From: Candidatus Methanoxibalbensis ujae
GTDB lineage: Archaea > Halobacteriota > Syntropharchaeia > Alkanophagales > Methanospirareceae
NCBI GenBank assembly: GCA_026134085.1
Contig: JAOQIN010000002.1
Span: 73,390-137,389, forward strand
DNA: 64,000 nt
Direction of reading: 5' to 3'
The translations under genes were made by a program, and so were the position numbers. Position 1 is the first letter of the stretch. Each line of letters starts with the position of its first letter. Under the pieces are notes generated by a model that was not told the DNA's origin, searched no databases, and saw nothing but the letters and a program-made list of their open reading frames with translations. Of the stretch, positions 28,267-36,210 are shown piece after piece.

Positions 28267-29382
28267 ATGGAGAAGATAACTGTCAGCCTGATAAAGGCGG
28301 ATGTTGGCGGATTTCCCGGGCATTCAACTGTGCGTGAGGAGCTGATGGAGATATCGGAGAAGCGGTTGAAGGCTGCGAAAGATGAGGGGCTGCTTGTTGA
28401 TTATTGCGTGATGAACGCAGGTGATGACCTGCAGCTGCTTATGTCGCATCGGAAAGGCGTGAACTCGGAGGAGATACACAGGCTCGCATGGGAGACATTT
28501 GAGGAGGCAACGAGGAAAGCAAAGGAGTTAAAGCTGCATGGCGCCGGTCAGGACCTCCTGAAAGAGGCTTTCAGCGGTAACATTCGTGGAATGGGTCCCG
28601 GCATCGCTGAGATTGAATTCACCGAGCGCGGCTCCGAGCCCATTATCGCCTTCATGATGGACAAAACAGAGCCGGGTGCGTTCAATCTTCCCATATTCAG
28701 GATGTTCGCAGATCCCTTCAACACAGCAGGGCTCGTCATAGACCCGACTATGCATAGCGGATTCAGATTTGAGATATGGGACATAAAGGAGCATCGCAGA
28801 ATATTCATGAACTCACCTGAGGAGATGTATGACATCCTCGCACTCGTAGGTGCGAAGAGCAGGTATGTGATAAAGCGCGTTTATCCGAAGGAAGGTGGTC
28901 CTCTTCCGCCAGATGAGCCTGTTGCCGTGATAAGCACGGAGAAATTATCGTTCATCGCAGGCAGATACATCGGTAAGGACGACCCTGTTGCGCTTGTGAG
29001 GGCACAATCAGGACTGCCAGCACTCGGCGAGGTTCTTGAGCCGTTTTCCCGCCCTTTCCTAGTGAGCGGCTGGATGAGAGGCTCGCATAACGGACCGATA
29101 ATGCCCGTGCCATTCCAGTATTCAAAGTGCACTCGTTTCGACGGACCTCCGAGAGTGCTCGCAGCTGGATTCCAGATGAGCAATGGAAGACTCGTTGGAC
29201 CCGCAGACCTCTTTGATGATGTCGCATTTGATGAGGCTCGCAGAATCGCAAATGAAATCGCAAACTACATGCGTGAGCACGGTCCTTTCGAGCCGCATCG
29301 CCTGCCTCTTGAGGAAATGGAATACACAACATTGCCTGATGTGCTTAAGAAACTGGAAAGCAGGTTTGAAAGCGTTGAATGA
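28267..29382 (+). CDS. fbp: fructose-1,6-bisphosphate aldolase/phosphatase (class V FBPase)
   Basis: MEKITVSLIKADVGGFPGHS .. MSHRKG .. GNIRGMGPG .. GWMRGSHNGPIMPV. Length is about 370 aa. Confidence 0.95.
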   Translation: MEKITVSLIKADVGGFPGHSTVREELMEISEKRLKAAKDEGLLVDYCVMNAGDDLQLLMSHRKGVNSEEIHRLAWETFEEATRKAKELKLHGAGQDLLKEAFSGNIRGMGPGIAEIEFTERGSEPIIAFMMDKTEPGAFNLPIFRMFADPFNTAGLVIDPTMHSGFRFEIWDIKEHRRIFMNSPEEMYDILALVGAKSRYVIKRVYPKEGGPLPPDEPVAVISTEKLSFIAGRYIGKDDPVALVRAQSGLPALGEVLEPFSRPFLVSGWMRGSHNGPIMPVPFQYSKCTRFDGPPRVLAAGFQMSNGRLVGPADLFDDVAFDEARRIANEIANYMREHGPFEPHRLPLEEMEYTTLPDVLKKLESRFESVE

Positions 29383-29497
29383 ACTCTTTTTTTTGTTTAT
29401 TTTTTATTTTTATTTTTTATTTTTTATTTTTTTATTTTACTTTTTAAGCATACGAAAGGACAGGTTTCTCATCTGTTCAGCAGGATTTCAGAGAAAG
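29341..29497 (+). repeat. parent copy of the inverted repeat (fbp 3' end plus intergenic motif)
   Basis: 29341-29370 and 29464-29497 match the reverse complement of 21738-21800. Here the two blocks are separated by about 93 nt (the end of fbp plus a T-rich tract) that is absent from the 21.7-kb copy. Confidence 0.85.
29386..29455 (+). terminator. long T-rich tract with tttttat-type periodicity downstream of fbp
   Basis: ttttttttgtttattttttatttttattttttattttttatttttttattttacttttt immediately follows the fbp stop. Oligo-T is the archaeal terminator signal. Confidence 0.5.
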
Positions 29498-29514
29498 AGG
29501 AGAAGGAGGAGAAA

Positions 29515-29586
29515 GAAAATAAAGAGAACAGGGAGAATAAAGAGAACAAAGAGAATAAGGAGAACAAAGAGAACAGAGAGGGGAAA
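29515..29586. repeat. purine-rich 18-nt tandem repeat (3-4 imperfect units) just upstream of dys
   Basis: gaaaataaagagaacagg / gagaataaagagaacaaa / gagaataaggagaacaaa / gagaacagagaggggaaa. Confidence 0.8.
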
Positions 29587-29593
29587 GAGAGAG

Positions 29594-30520
29594 ATGAGAA
29601 AAAGCCAGGTGCATGGCATTCAAGTGAAATGTGGGATGAGTGTTGATGATCTCGTGAAAGGCATGGGGGCATGTGCATTCGGTGCTCGTCGTATTGCCGA
29701 ATCAGTTGACATATATGAGGAGATGATACTTGAAAATGCGAGGATATTTCTCGGAGTAGCCGGTGCTCTCGTCCCCGCTGGAATGCGACCTGTCATTGCT
29801 GAAATGCTCAGGCTTCATTTTGCGGATGTCCTCGTGACGACGGGTGCAAACATAGTTCATGACATCATAGAAGCGCTTGGCGAGCATCATTATGTGCAGA
29901 TGCAGCACAGAGACGACGCATATCTGCGGAAAATGGGGACAAGCAGAATATATGATGTTGTTGTGAGCGATAAGGCATTTGAAAAGCTTGAGGAATTCAT
30001 GCATAACACATTCAGATCTCTCAAATCTGAAAAATACAGCATACGCGAGCTGTTATGGGAGATGGGAAGAAGAATAAATGATGAACATTCAATACTTCAT
30101 GTGGCATATGAAAATAAGATTCCTGTATTCTGTCCTTCTCTCGCTGATTCGATGATAGGGTTGCATGCCTTCATCTTCAAGCAGATTTCGCAGCTGAATG
30201 TTGATGCATTTGACGACATGCGAGATATAAACGAGATTTTCTGCAGTTCAGAGCGAGTGGGAGCTGTCATACTCGGCGGAGGCGTTCCTAAGAACTTCAT
30301 CCTTCAGACAGCACTCGTAGCTCCGAGAGGAGGTTTTGACTATGCGATCCAGATAACCACGAGAACGCCTGAGGACGGAAGTCTGAGTGGAGCAACGCTT
30401 GAAGAAGCGGTTTCATGGGGAAAACTGCGTGAGAATGCAAAATTCGTCACTGTGTATTGTGATGCGACAATAGCACTTCCAATAATCATCGCAGCACTAA
30501 GAGAGCGCCTGAGGCGTTAG
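29594..30520 (+). CDS. dys: deoxyhypusine synthase
   Basis: Starts MRKSQVHGIQV. Contains the GALVPAGMR, TTGANIVHD and ILGGGVPKNF patterns. About 308 aa. The upstream part of the track ORF (29183-29593) is rejected. Confidence 0.88.
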   Translation: MRKSQVHGIQVKCGMSVDDLVKGMGACAFGARRIAESVDIYEEMILENARIFLGVAGALVPAGMRPVIAEMLRLHFADVLVTTGANIVHDIIEALGEHHYVQMQHRDDAYLRKMGTSRIYDVVVSDKAFEKLEEFMHNTFRSLKSEKYSIRELLWEMGRRINDEHSILHVAYENKIPVFCPSLADSMIGLHAFIFKQISQLNVDAFDDMRDINEIFCSSERVGAVILGGGVPKNFILQTALVAPRGGFDYAIQITTRTPEDGSLSGATLEEAVSWGKLRENAKFVTVYCDATIALPIIIAALRERLRR

Positions 30521-30533
30521 CTGGATGTTCATT

Positions 30534-31802
30534 TCATTTATTGAATTTATTGAGGAAAGCATTCACAATTTTTATCGCACACAGGTCTCCGCATATGGAG
30601 CAGGCATCGCTCTCAGATGGTCTTCCCTCCTTTATTTTTCGCGCTCTCTCGCTGTCTATCGCGATATTGAACTGAGTCTCCCAGTCAAGCATTTTTCTTG
30701 CGAAAGCCATCGCGCGATCCTTCTCTCTTGCGCGAGACCTCTGCCCCCTTCTGACGGTGTCTGCGATGTGTGCCGCTATTTTCGTGACCGTTGTGCCCTC
30801 TCTTATATCCTCGATGGAAGGCAGTGCGAGATGCTCGGATGGGGAGACCATGCAGAGGAAATCAGCGCCCTGCATTGCGGCGATTGCACCACCTACGGCA
30901 GCGACCACATGATCATATCCGGGAGCGATGTCGGTGGGAAGAGGGCCCAGCAAATACAACGGTGCGAAGTCTGTCAGATTTTTTATTGTCTTAACACACG
31001 CCTCTATCTCATCGGCGGGAACATGCCCGGGACCCTCAACGATAGCCTGAACTCCGGCTTCTCTGCATTTTTTTACAAGCTCTCCGAGCGTGATGACCTC
31101 CATGTATTTCGCTCTGTCAGACGCATCAGAAATACAGCCGGGACGCAGCCCATCCCCAAGACTGAGCGTGACCTCATATTCCTTCGCGATTTCAATCAGA
31201 TATTCAAAATCCTCATACAGCGGATTCTCCCGCTCGTTGTGCAGCATCCACGCAACCAGAAACGCACCTCCCCTGCTCACAACATTCAATATGCGGTCGC
31301 TCATTTTCAGCCTCTCAACGGCGCTCAGCGTCACACCGGCATGCACTGTCATGAAATCAACACCATCTCTCGCATGCCTCTCAATCGCGTTGAACATGTC
31401 GTCCGGACTCATCTCAACGATAGCACCTCCACACGACAACGCAGCCTGATATATCGGAACAGTGCCGACAGGAACTCTCAACTCCCTCAGAACACGACGC
31501 CTCACCTCATCAAGATCGCCACCCGTTGAGAGATCCATGACAGTGTCAGCACCAAATCGCACCGCAACCTTCGCCTTCTCCACCTCCTCGTCAACATTCA
31601 CATAGTCCTTTGAGGTGCCCACATTCACATTGACCTTCGTGCTCATCATATCGCCTATCGCCTTCAACACAACCGAACGACGACGCGCATTCCGTGGTAT
31701 CACAACCCTGCCAGCGCTCAAAAGACGCTTCAACCGCTCAACACTCACTCCTTCCTTTGCTGAAATCTCTTCCAATTCCTTTTCCTCAAAATCTGTCAGC
31801 AT
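30534..31802 (-). CDS. thiC: phosphomethylpyrimidine synthase ThiC
   Basis: [42 protein letters not shown], and the C-terminal CSICGDLC motif. Confidence 0.93.
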   Translation of the reverse strand: MLTDFEEKELEEISAKEGVSVERLKRLLSAGRVVIPRNARRRSVVLKAIGDMMSTKVNVNVGTSKDYVNVDEEVEKAKVAVRFGADTVMDLSTGGDLDEVRRRVLRELRVPVGTVPIYQAALSCGGAIVEMSPDDMFNAIERHARDGVDFMTVHAGVTLSAVERLKMSDRILNVVSRGGAFLVAWMLHNERENPLYEDFEYLIEIAKEYEVTLSLGDGLRPGCISDASDRAKYMEVITLGELVKKCREAGVQAIVEGPGHVPADEIEACVKTIKNLTDFAPLYLLGPLPTDIAPGYDHVVAAVGGAIAAMQGADFLCMVSPSEHLALPSIEDIREGTTVTKIAAHIADTVRRGQRSRAREKDRAMAFARKMLDWETQFNIAIDSERARKIKEGRPSESDACSICGDLCAIKIVNAFLNKFNK

Positions 31803-31977
31803 CTCCCCTCCGCTTCTCCTTCAGAGATCTCCGCTTCTCACATCCGCTGCTCACAGAACCTCTTCCCTTTTCTTCATCTCATCCTATCATTTTATCATTA
31901 TAAAAACTTATATAATTGATAATTTGGGAAGGGAGGATCATGTATGCCATGATGTGTTTGCTGTGATTGTTTTGTGT

Positions 31978-32011
31978 CTTGAACATAATCAGCGCTTGAA
32001 CATAATCAGCG
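31978..32011. repeat. perfect 17-nt x2 tandem duplication upstream of the CDP-alcohol transferase gene
   Basis: cttgaacataatcagcg occurs twice, ending 10 nt before ATG 32021. Confidence 0.95.
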
Positions 32012-32020
32012 GGTGGAAAA

Positions 32021-32614
32021 ATGTTATACGCTGAAAAGAAGAAATTTGTGAAACTTGAGAAAATGATCGGGAAATTTTTCTCATACCTTCCTTTATCTCC
32101 AAATCTCTACACTTCTTTTTCCTTGGTTGCATCATCCCTCGCCTGCTTCTTCATACTATCACATAAATTCATGCTGGCAGGCGCATCTTTCCTGGTGGCA
32201 GGTCTCATGGACATCATAGATGGTGCGGTCGCAAGGGAGAAAAATGAAGTCAGCAGAAAAGGTGCATACTTCGACACCATCGCAGACAGATATGTTGAAA
32301 TCATGATTTACCTGGCACTTCTCCTCACAGAATATCCTCAAATCCTTCTGCCCGCTCAGTTCTGGACGGGATTTCTAATGGCAAACTCTCTCATGACAAC
32401 ATATGTTAAAGCAGCTGGAATGGAGAAGAAACTTATCAAAAGTGAGATAAAAGGAGGCATATTTGAAAGACCTGAGAGAATAATACTGATACTGCTCATA
32501 CTTTTTATGTCTGAATTCTCAAAATACGCCGCTGTGATACTCATAATTGCTGGAAGCATCCTCGCCCTCATATCCTCAGTTCAGAGAATACTCATAACTG
32601 TCAGAAATAAATGA
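32021..32614 (+). CDS. CDP-alcohol phosphatidyltransferase family protein (archaeal lipid head-group synthase)
   Basis: Signature DGAVAR-x8-G-x3-D-x3-D (DIIDGAVAREKNEVSRKGAYFDTIADR) and multiple TM helices. The start could instead be at M15 (32063). Confidence 0.85.
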   Translation: MLYAEKKKFVKLEKMIGKFFSYLPLSPNLYTSFSLVASSLACFFILSHKFMLAGASFLVAGLMDIIDGAVAREKNEVSRKGAYFDTIADRYVEIMIYLALLLTEYPQILLPAQFWTGFLMANSLMTTYVKAAGMEKKLIKSEIKGGIFERPERIILILLILFMSEFSKYAAVILIIAGSILALISSVQRILITVRNK

Positions 32615-32630
32615 CTTCATGACTCGCCCG

Positions 32631-33476
32631 TCATTGAGCTGCTGTGCTCTCAAGTTCCGATATGAAGTTATCACATCTGCGCTGCATTATCCTCGCTGCC
32701 TTTGTCACAATATGATCAATAGTCAGAGAACCATCACTCTCAGCGAAAAAAACAAAGGAATCATCAGCACATATCACATGAATCGCCTTATTTTCGCATG
32801 CATTTTCACACAATTTGCATAAAATACAGCTTAATTCATCAGAAATTTCGGCCTTTTCACGAACATTTATCAAATTTTTCGGACATTCTTCAGCACATCT
32901 GCCGCATCCTCTGCATATTTCCTCGTTTATTCTGATTATCGGTGTGTTTTTGTATCCGCACACTGTGACAGGCTGCCATTTCGCGTGTTCCCTGCCCGTG
33001 CCCATTCGTGCTTTTGCTATCAATGATACACGCTGTTTGACAGGCATTCTGATACTGCCGACATCTTTTGTGAGAGATGTCAGTCTGATAAGAGGTATCC
33101 TCTGGTGCACGACGCTCACGCGCTCATCAAGAGGTTTGAGGTCTTTTGAGTATATTGTGATGCTTCCCTCTGTATCAGGGCTTTCACATTCCAGTTGCAG
33201 CTTCACCTCGCACTTCTCACATCCTTTGCCACCGCACTCGCAGTCCTCGGGATGGACGAGCTCCTCTGTGCATCTCAGAGGTATCAGTGCAAGGCGAAGT
33301 GCGATCTGCTCATCGTAAAGAAGCGATGTGTTCTCATATATTTCAACCTCATCAACTGCGAGCTTGGGCACATCAGCGATCATTGTCCTGCGCAGCGCAT
33401 TCACAAACGCAGAGTCCACGCCCGATAAGACAAATTTCACTCTCCCCTCGTCATGTTCCAGAAATCTCAGCTCCAT
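32631..33476 (-). CDS. rpoD: DNA-directed RNA polymerase subunit D (Rpo3) with Fe-S cluster domain
   Basis: VKFVLSGVDSAFVNALRRTMIADVP, plus an inserted domain with CRGCGRCAEECP and CILCKLCENAC. Sits downstream of rps11 as in other archaea. Confidence 0.9.
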   Translation of the reverse strand: MELRFLEHDEGRVKFVLSGVDSAFVNALRRTMIADVPKLAVDEVEIYENTSLLYDEQIALRLALIPLRCTEELVHPEDCECGGKGCEKCEVKLQLECESPDTEGSITIYSKDLKPLDERVSVVHQRIPLIRLTSLTKDVGSIRMPVKQRVSLIAKARMGTGREHAKWQPVTVCGYKNTPIIRINEEICRGCGRCAEECPKNLINVREKAEISDELSCILCKLCENACENKAIHVICADDSFVFFAESDGSLTIDHIVTKAARIMQRRCDNFISELESTAAQ

Positions 33477-33510
33477 TTCTCATCCCTCTCGTTCAGTCTC
33501 TCTCCTCAGC

Positions 33511-33900
33511 TCATACTCTCCTCCCTCTCCTGCCACCGGGGCGTTTTGTGCCGTCGTGGGGGACGGGCGTGTTGTCCTCTATGCGTTCAATGCGCAGACC
33601 AGCCCTTGCGAACGCTCTGATGGCTGCCTGAGCCCCCGGACCTGTTGAGCGGGATTTGTGTCCGCCCCACGCCCTGACCTTTATGAGGATTGTGTTGATG
33701 CCCTGCTCCTTCAGCTTATCCGCTATCTGCATTGCGAGCTTCATCGCGATGTAGGGAGAGCTCTCGTCCCTGTCAGCCTTCGCAATCATGCCTCCAGAGC
33801 CCTTCGCAAGGGTCTCCGCACCTGTTATGTCTGTAACTGTGATTATTGTGTTGTTAAATGTTGAGAAGATATGAGCAATTGCCTTTCTCTCCTCAGCCAT
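33511..33900 (-). CDS. rps11: 30S ribosomal protein S11 (uS11)
   Basis: [21 protein letters not shown] .. C-terminal [15 protein letters not shown]. Confidence 0.95.
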   Translation of the reverse strand: MAEERKAIAHIFSTFNNTIITVTDITGAETLAKGSGGMIAKADRDESSPYIAMKLAMQIADKLKEQGINTILIKVRAWGGHKSRSTGPGAQAAIRAFARAGLRIERIEDNTPVPHDGTKRPGGRRGRRV

Positions 33901-33912
33901 CAGAACACCACC

Positions 33913-34470
33913 TCACTCCGCCTCAGATGCCGCTTTTTCAAGCACATCTTCAGAACTTTTTTCAAGCACATCCTCAGAACGGTAATATCCTATCTGATTT
34001 TCCTCCTCCCTGCTCACAATATAGGAGGGGACAGTCACTTTCCTGCCCTTCACAGCAATATGACCGTGGACAATGAGCTGTCTCGCATGTTTTATTGAAG
34101 ATGCAAGTCCTTTTCTGAAGACAACTGTCTGTAATCTTCTCTCAAGAATGTCCTTGACGCTCAGACTGAGCACATCATCAAGCTTTGCCTCCTCTATCGT
34201 TTTGTTGAGTATGCCACGCCTTATGAGACCTCTCAGTATCTCCTCTCCTCTCCTTCTTGTGTGCTCGGTCCCCTTTCCAGTGGCGATTTCCGCGAGTATT
34301 TTTCGCACTTCACGCCTGTATTTTTTGATGATTGTGAGCGCTTTCCACAGCTCTCGCTTGTTTTTCAACCCGTAATTTTTCACAATCTCCCTCTCCTCAG
34401 CCAGTCTTCTCAACTCCCAGGGCTTCTTCGGTTTCTCATACTTCTTCTTTATTCTTCTGGGATCCCCCAT
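33913..34470 (-). CDS. rps4: 30S ribosomal protein S4 (uS4) with duplicated C-terminal tail
   Basis: [19 protein letters not shown], and the S4 domain [32 protein letters not shown] taken at 34470 (the track ORF opens at 34500). Confidence 0.93.
   Translation of the reverse strand: MGDPRRIKKKYEKPKKPWELRRLAEEREIVKNYGLKNKRELWKALTIIKKYRREVRKILAEIATGKGTEHTRRRGEEILRGLIRRGILNKTIEEAKLDDVLSLSVKDILERRLQTVVFRKGLASSIKHARQLIVHGHIAVKGRKVTVPSYIVSREEENQIGYYRSEDVLEKSSEDVLEKAASEAE
33933..33980. repeat. 24-nt x2 tandem duplication at the 3' end of rps4
   Basis: ctttttcaagcacatcttcagaac / ttttttcaagcacatcctcagaac. Encodes [16 protein letters not shown]. Confidence 0.9.
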
Positions 34471-34524
34471 TATCTCATCACCTCGCTCAACCCGACACAC
34501 TCAGCCAGCCATTCGCATTCAGGT

Positions 34525-35040
34525 TCAGCCTTTGCCGCCTGATGCTCTCTGCTTTCTGCGTATCACACCGACGACAGGTCCTTTTCGTCCTGTTGATCTT
34601 GTCCGCTGACCTCTCACCTTCAATCCACGCTCATGTCTTATGCCGCGGTAGCACCTTATTTTCCGCATGAAGTTTATATCCTCACGAATCTTGAGCGGCA
34701 GGTCGGCGCCGAGTATATGAAGGTCATCACCCGTGAAAAGGTCCTTCCGACGATTGAGCATCCATTTTGGCAGTCTCTTTTCCAAGCTCTGCAGCGCCAT
34801 TTTCAGGCGCTCTATGGCATCATCTGACAGATTTCCCATGCGCTCGTCGGGGTCAATCCTCGCAAGAATTGTGGCAGCCCTCGCAATACGCCTGCCCACG
34901 CCCTTTATGCCGCAAAGCGCGTGTTCTACAGTTCTGTATCCATCCAAGTCCGTGTCCATCAGCCTGACAATATACCTGAACTCCTCCCTATCCTCAGCCA
35001 CTGTATCTCCCTCATTTTCATCCGCCATTTCACCACTCAC
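34525..35040 (-). CDS. rps13: 30S ribosomal protein S13 (uS13)
   Basis: FRYIVRLMDTDLDGYRTVEHALCGIKGVGRRIA and KIRCYRGIRHERGLKVRGQRTRSTGRKG. Short acidic N-terminal extension. Confidence 0.93.
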   Translation of the reverse strand: MSGEMADENEGDTVAEDREEFRYIVRLMDTDLDGYRTVEHALCGIKGVGRRIARAATILARIDPDERMGNLSDDAIERLKMALQSLEKRLPKWMLNRRKDLFTGDDLHILGADLPLKIREDINFMRKIRCYRGIRHERGLKVRGQRTRSTGRKGPVVGVIRRKQRASGGKG

Positions 35041-35176
35041 CTCTGCCGCTCCAGTTCTTCGCCCTTCACATCCACTTCTTCCACATATTCAACGTCTTCC
35101 ACATATCCAACGCATATCTCATATTCACATCGCATATTTCATCGCACATCCCATATTCATATTCACATACGCATAG

Positions 35177-35276
35177 CGCCGAGGAAGGGATTTGAACCCT
35201 TGCGCCCCTCACGGGACACAGGCTATCTGTGGCGCACACTCCAGGCCTGCGCCTTAGTCCACTCGGCCACCTCGGC
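35177..35276 (-). tRNA. tRNA-Ser (anticodon GGA) with 14-nt intron at the canonical 37/38 position
   Basis: The reverse complement folds by hand as follows. Acceptor GCCGAGG/CCTCGGC; D arm GCC-AGTGGACTAA-GGC; anticodon stem CAGGC/GCCTG enclosing CTGGAG + TGTGCGCCACAGAT + A. Long variable arm GTCCC-GTGA-GGGGC; T arm AAGGG-TTCAAAT-CCCTT; discriminator G; no encoded CCA. Confidence 0.85.
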
Positions 35277-35321
35277 ATTCTATCAAGCGCTCAGCTGCCG
35301 CAGGCATTTGCTGGCGCTGAT

Positions 35322-35346
35322 ATATGACCTCATATGACCTCATATG
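35322..35346. repeat. 10-nt tandem repeat (2.5 units) upstream of the tRNA
   Basis: (t)atatgacct / catatgacct / catatg. Confidence 0.85.
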
Positions 35347-35532
35347 TCCCCTCGGCAACATATCCTAATCTCCTTGGTATCCCTCCTATTTAAGTCTTAG
35401 CAGGCTTTCTCAGCATGCTTTCTCTCTCTGACTCTCTGATGTCTCTCTGCCGACAGCCAGCAGTGTGCATCATAATCCCAAAACGCCCTAAAATGATGAG
35501 GAATGACATCAACGCCCATCAGATTGAATTTT

Positions 35533-36210
35533 TCATCCATCATTTCGCTTTTTCTTCAAAACAACTTTCCCGTTTATCTGCTCAATTTCGCCGTGGAAAA
35601 CCATGTTCTCAATGATTTTATGCATGTCATCGCTGCTCATATGCAGGTCATACACGCGCTGCAGTGATTCTTTTATCTCCTCCACATCCAATCCAGACAC
35701 AGGCAGGTTTGTGATCAGATAGGAGATGTCCTCGTAGAAGCTCCACGGATATATCACCCACACCCATTCGTCAATGCGCTCACCATAAAAATCAGGCACG
35801 AAAGATGAGACAGATTTATGATGCATTGCTGCAGTTCTCACATCTTCAACGCCAGTTGAGCGCACATATTCCGCAGCAATCCGCAGACTCTCGCCTGTAT
35901 CTGTGATGTCATCAGCGACAATCACGCGCTTTCCCCTCAACACTTGCTTCGCCCTGTCGTCAAGCCCGTATTTCATCTCAGCTTCGCCAGTTATCGTCGC
36001 AGTAACGCCCCAATGCTCTATTTTCAGACATAAAAGATCTTTCAACCTGAAGAAATCGCATATAATTCGTGCGAGAAAGAGACCTCCGCGTGAAACGCCC
36101 ACAACGACCTCCGGTCTGAACGCAGCTTCTCTGATTGAAGTGCATACATGCTCGCATATATCATACGCGCGATCCCAACCGACAAAAACACACTTGAACT
36201 CCCGCCGCAT
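35533..36210 (-). CDS. purine phosphoribosyltransferase-like protein with extra C-terminal domain
   Basis: PRPP-binding loop VIVADDITDTGESL, and VGVSRGGLFLARI. About 45 additional C-terminal residues. Confidence 0.75.
   Translation of the reverse strand: MRREFKCVFVGWDRAYDICEHVCTSIREAAFRPEVVVGVSRGGLFLARIICDFFRLKDLLCLKIEHWGVTATITGEAEMKYGLDDRAKQVLRGKRVIVADDITDTGESLRIAAEYVRSTGVEDVRTAAMHHKSVSSFVPDFYGERIDEWVWVIYPWSFYEDISYLITNLPVSGLDVEEIKESLQRVYDLHMSSDDMHKIIENMVFHGEIEQINGKVVLKKKRNDG

Noticed and set aside
21772-29463. The segment flanked by the inverted copies, considered as a composite transposon or programmed invertible switch.
   Set aside because: There is no transposase, integrase or invertase inside or adjacent. 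The content is mostly housekeeping (hisH, tfb, fbp). The repeat is a copy of a gene end plus spacer, not a terminal inverted repeat of an IS. It is kept only as a possible recombination substrate.
29183-29593. N-terminal 137 codons of track ORF 29183..30520. This would give deoxyhypusine synthase a long extension containing FLICSAGFQRK and a Lys/Arg repeat.
   Set aside because: This part overlaps the fbp 3' end out of frame, then runs through the T-rich terminator-like tract and the purine-rich 18-nt repeat. DHS homology begins at MRKSQVHGIQV (ATG 29594).
30525-31529. 334-aa ORF on the + strand.
   Set aside because: It lies entirely antisense to thiC, whose product is strongly recognisable over its full length. 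The + strand product has Ser/Arg/Leu-rich, low-information composition typical of shadow ORFs. The same reasoning applies to the antisense ORFs at 39002-39703 (gyrB), 47280-47894 (valS), 41858-42403, 42840-43448, 13226-13708 and 56510-57181.
35066-35278. 70-aa ORF on the - strand.
   Set aside because: It coincides with the tRNA-Ser gene, and the cloverleaf explains the sequence.
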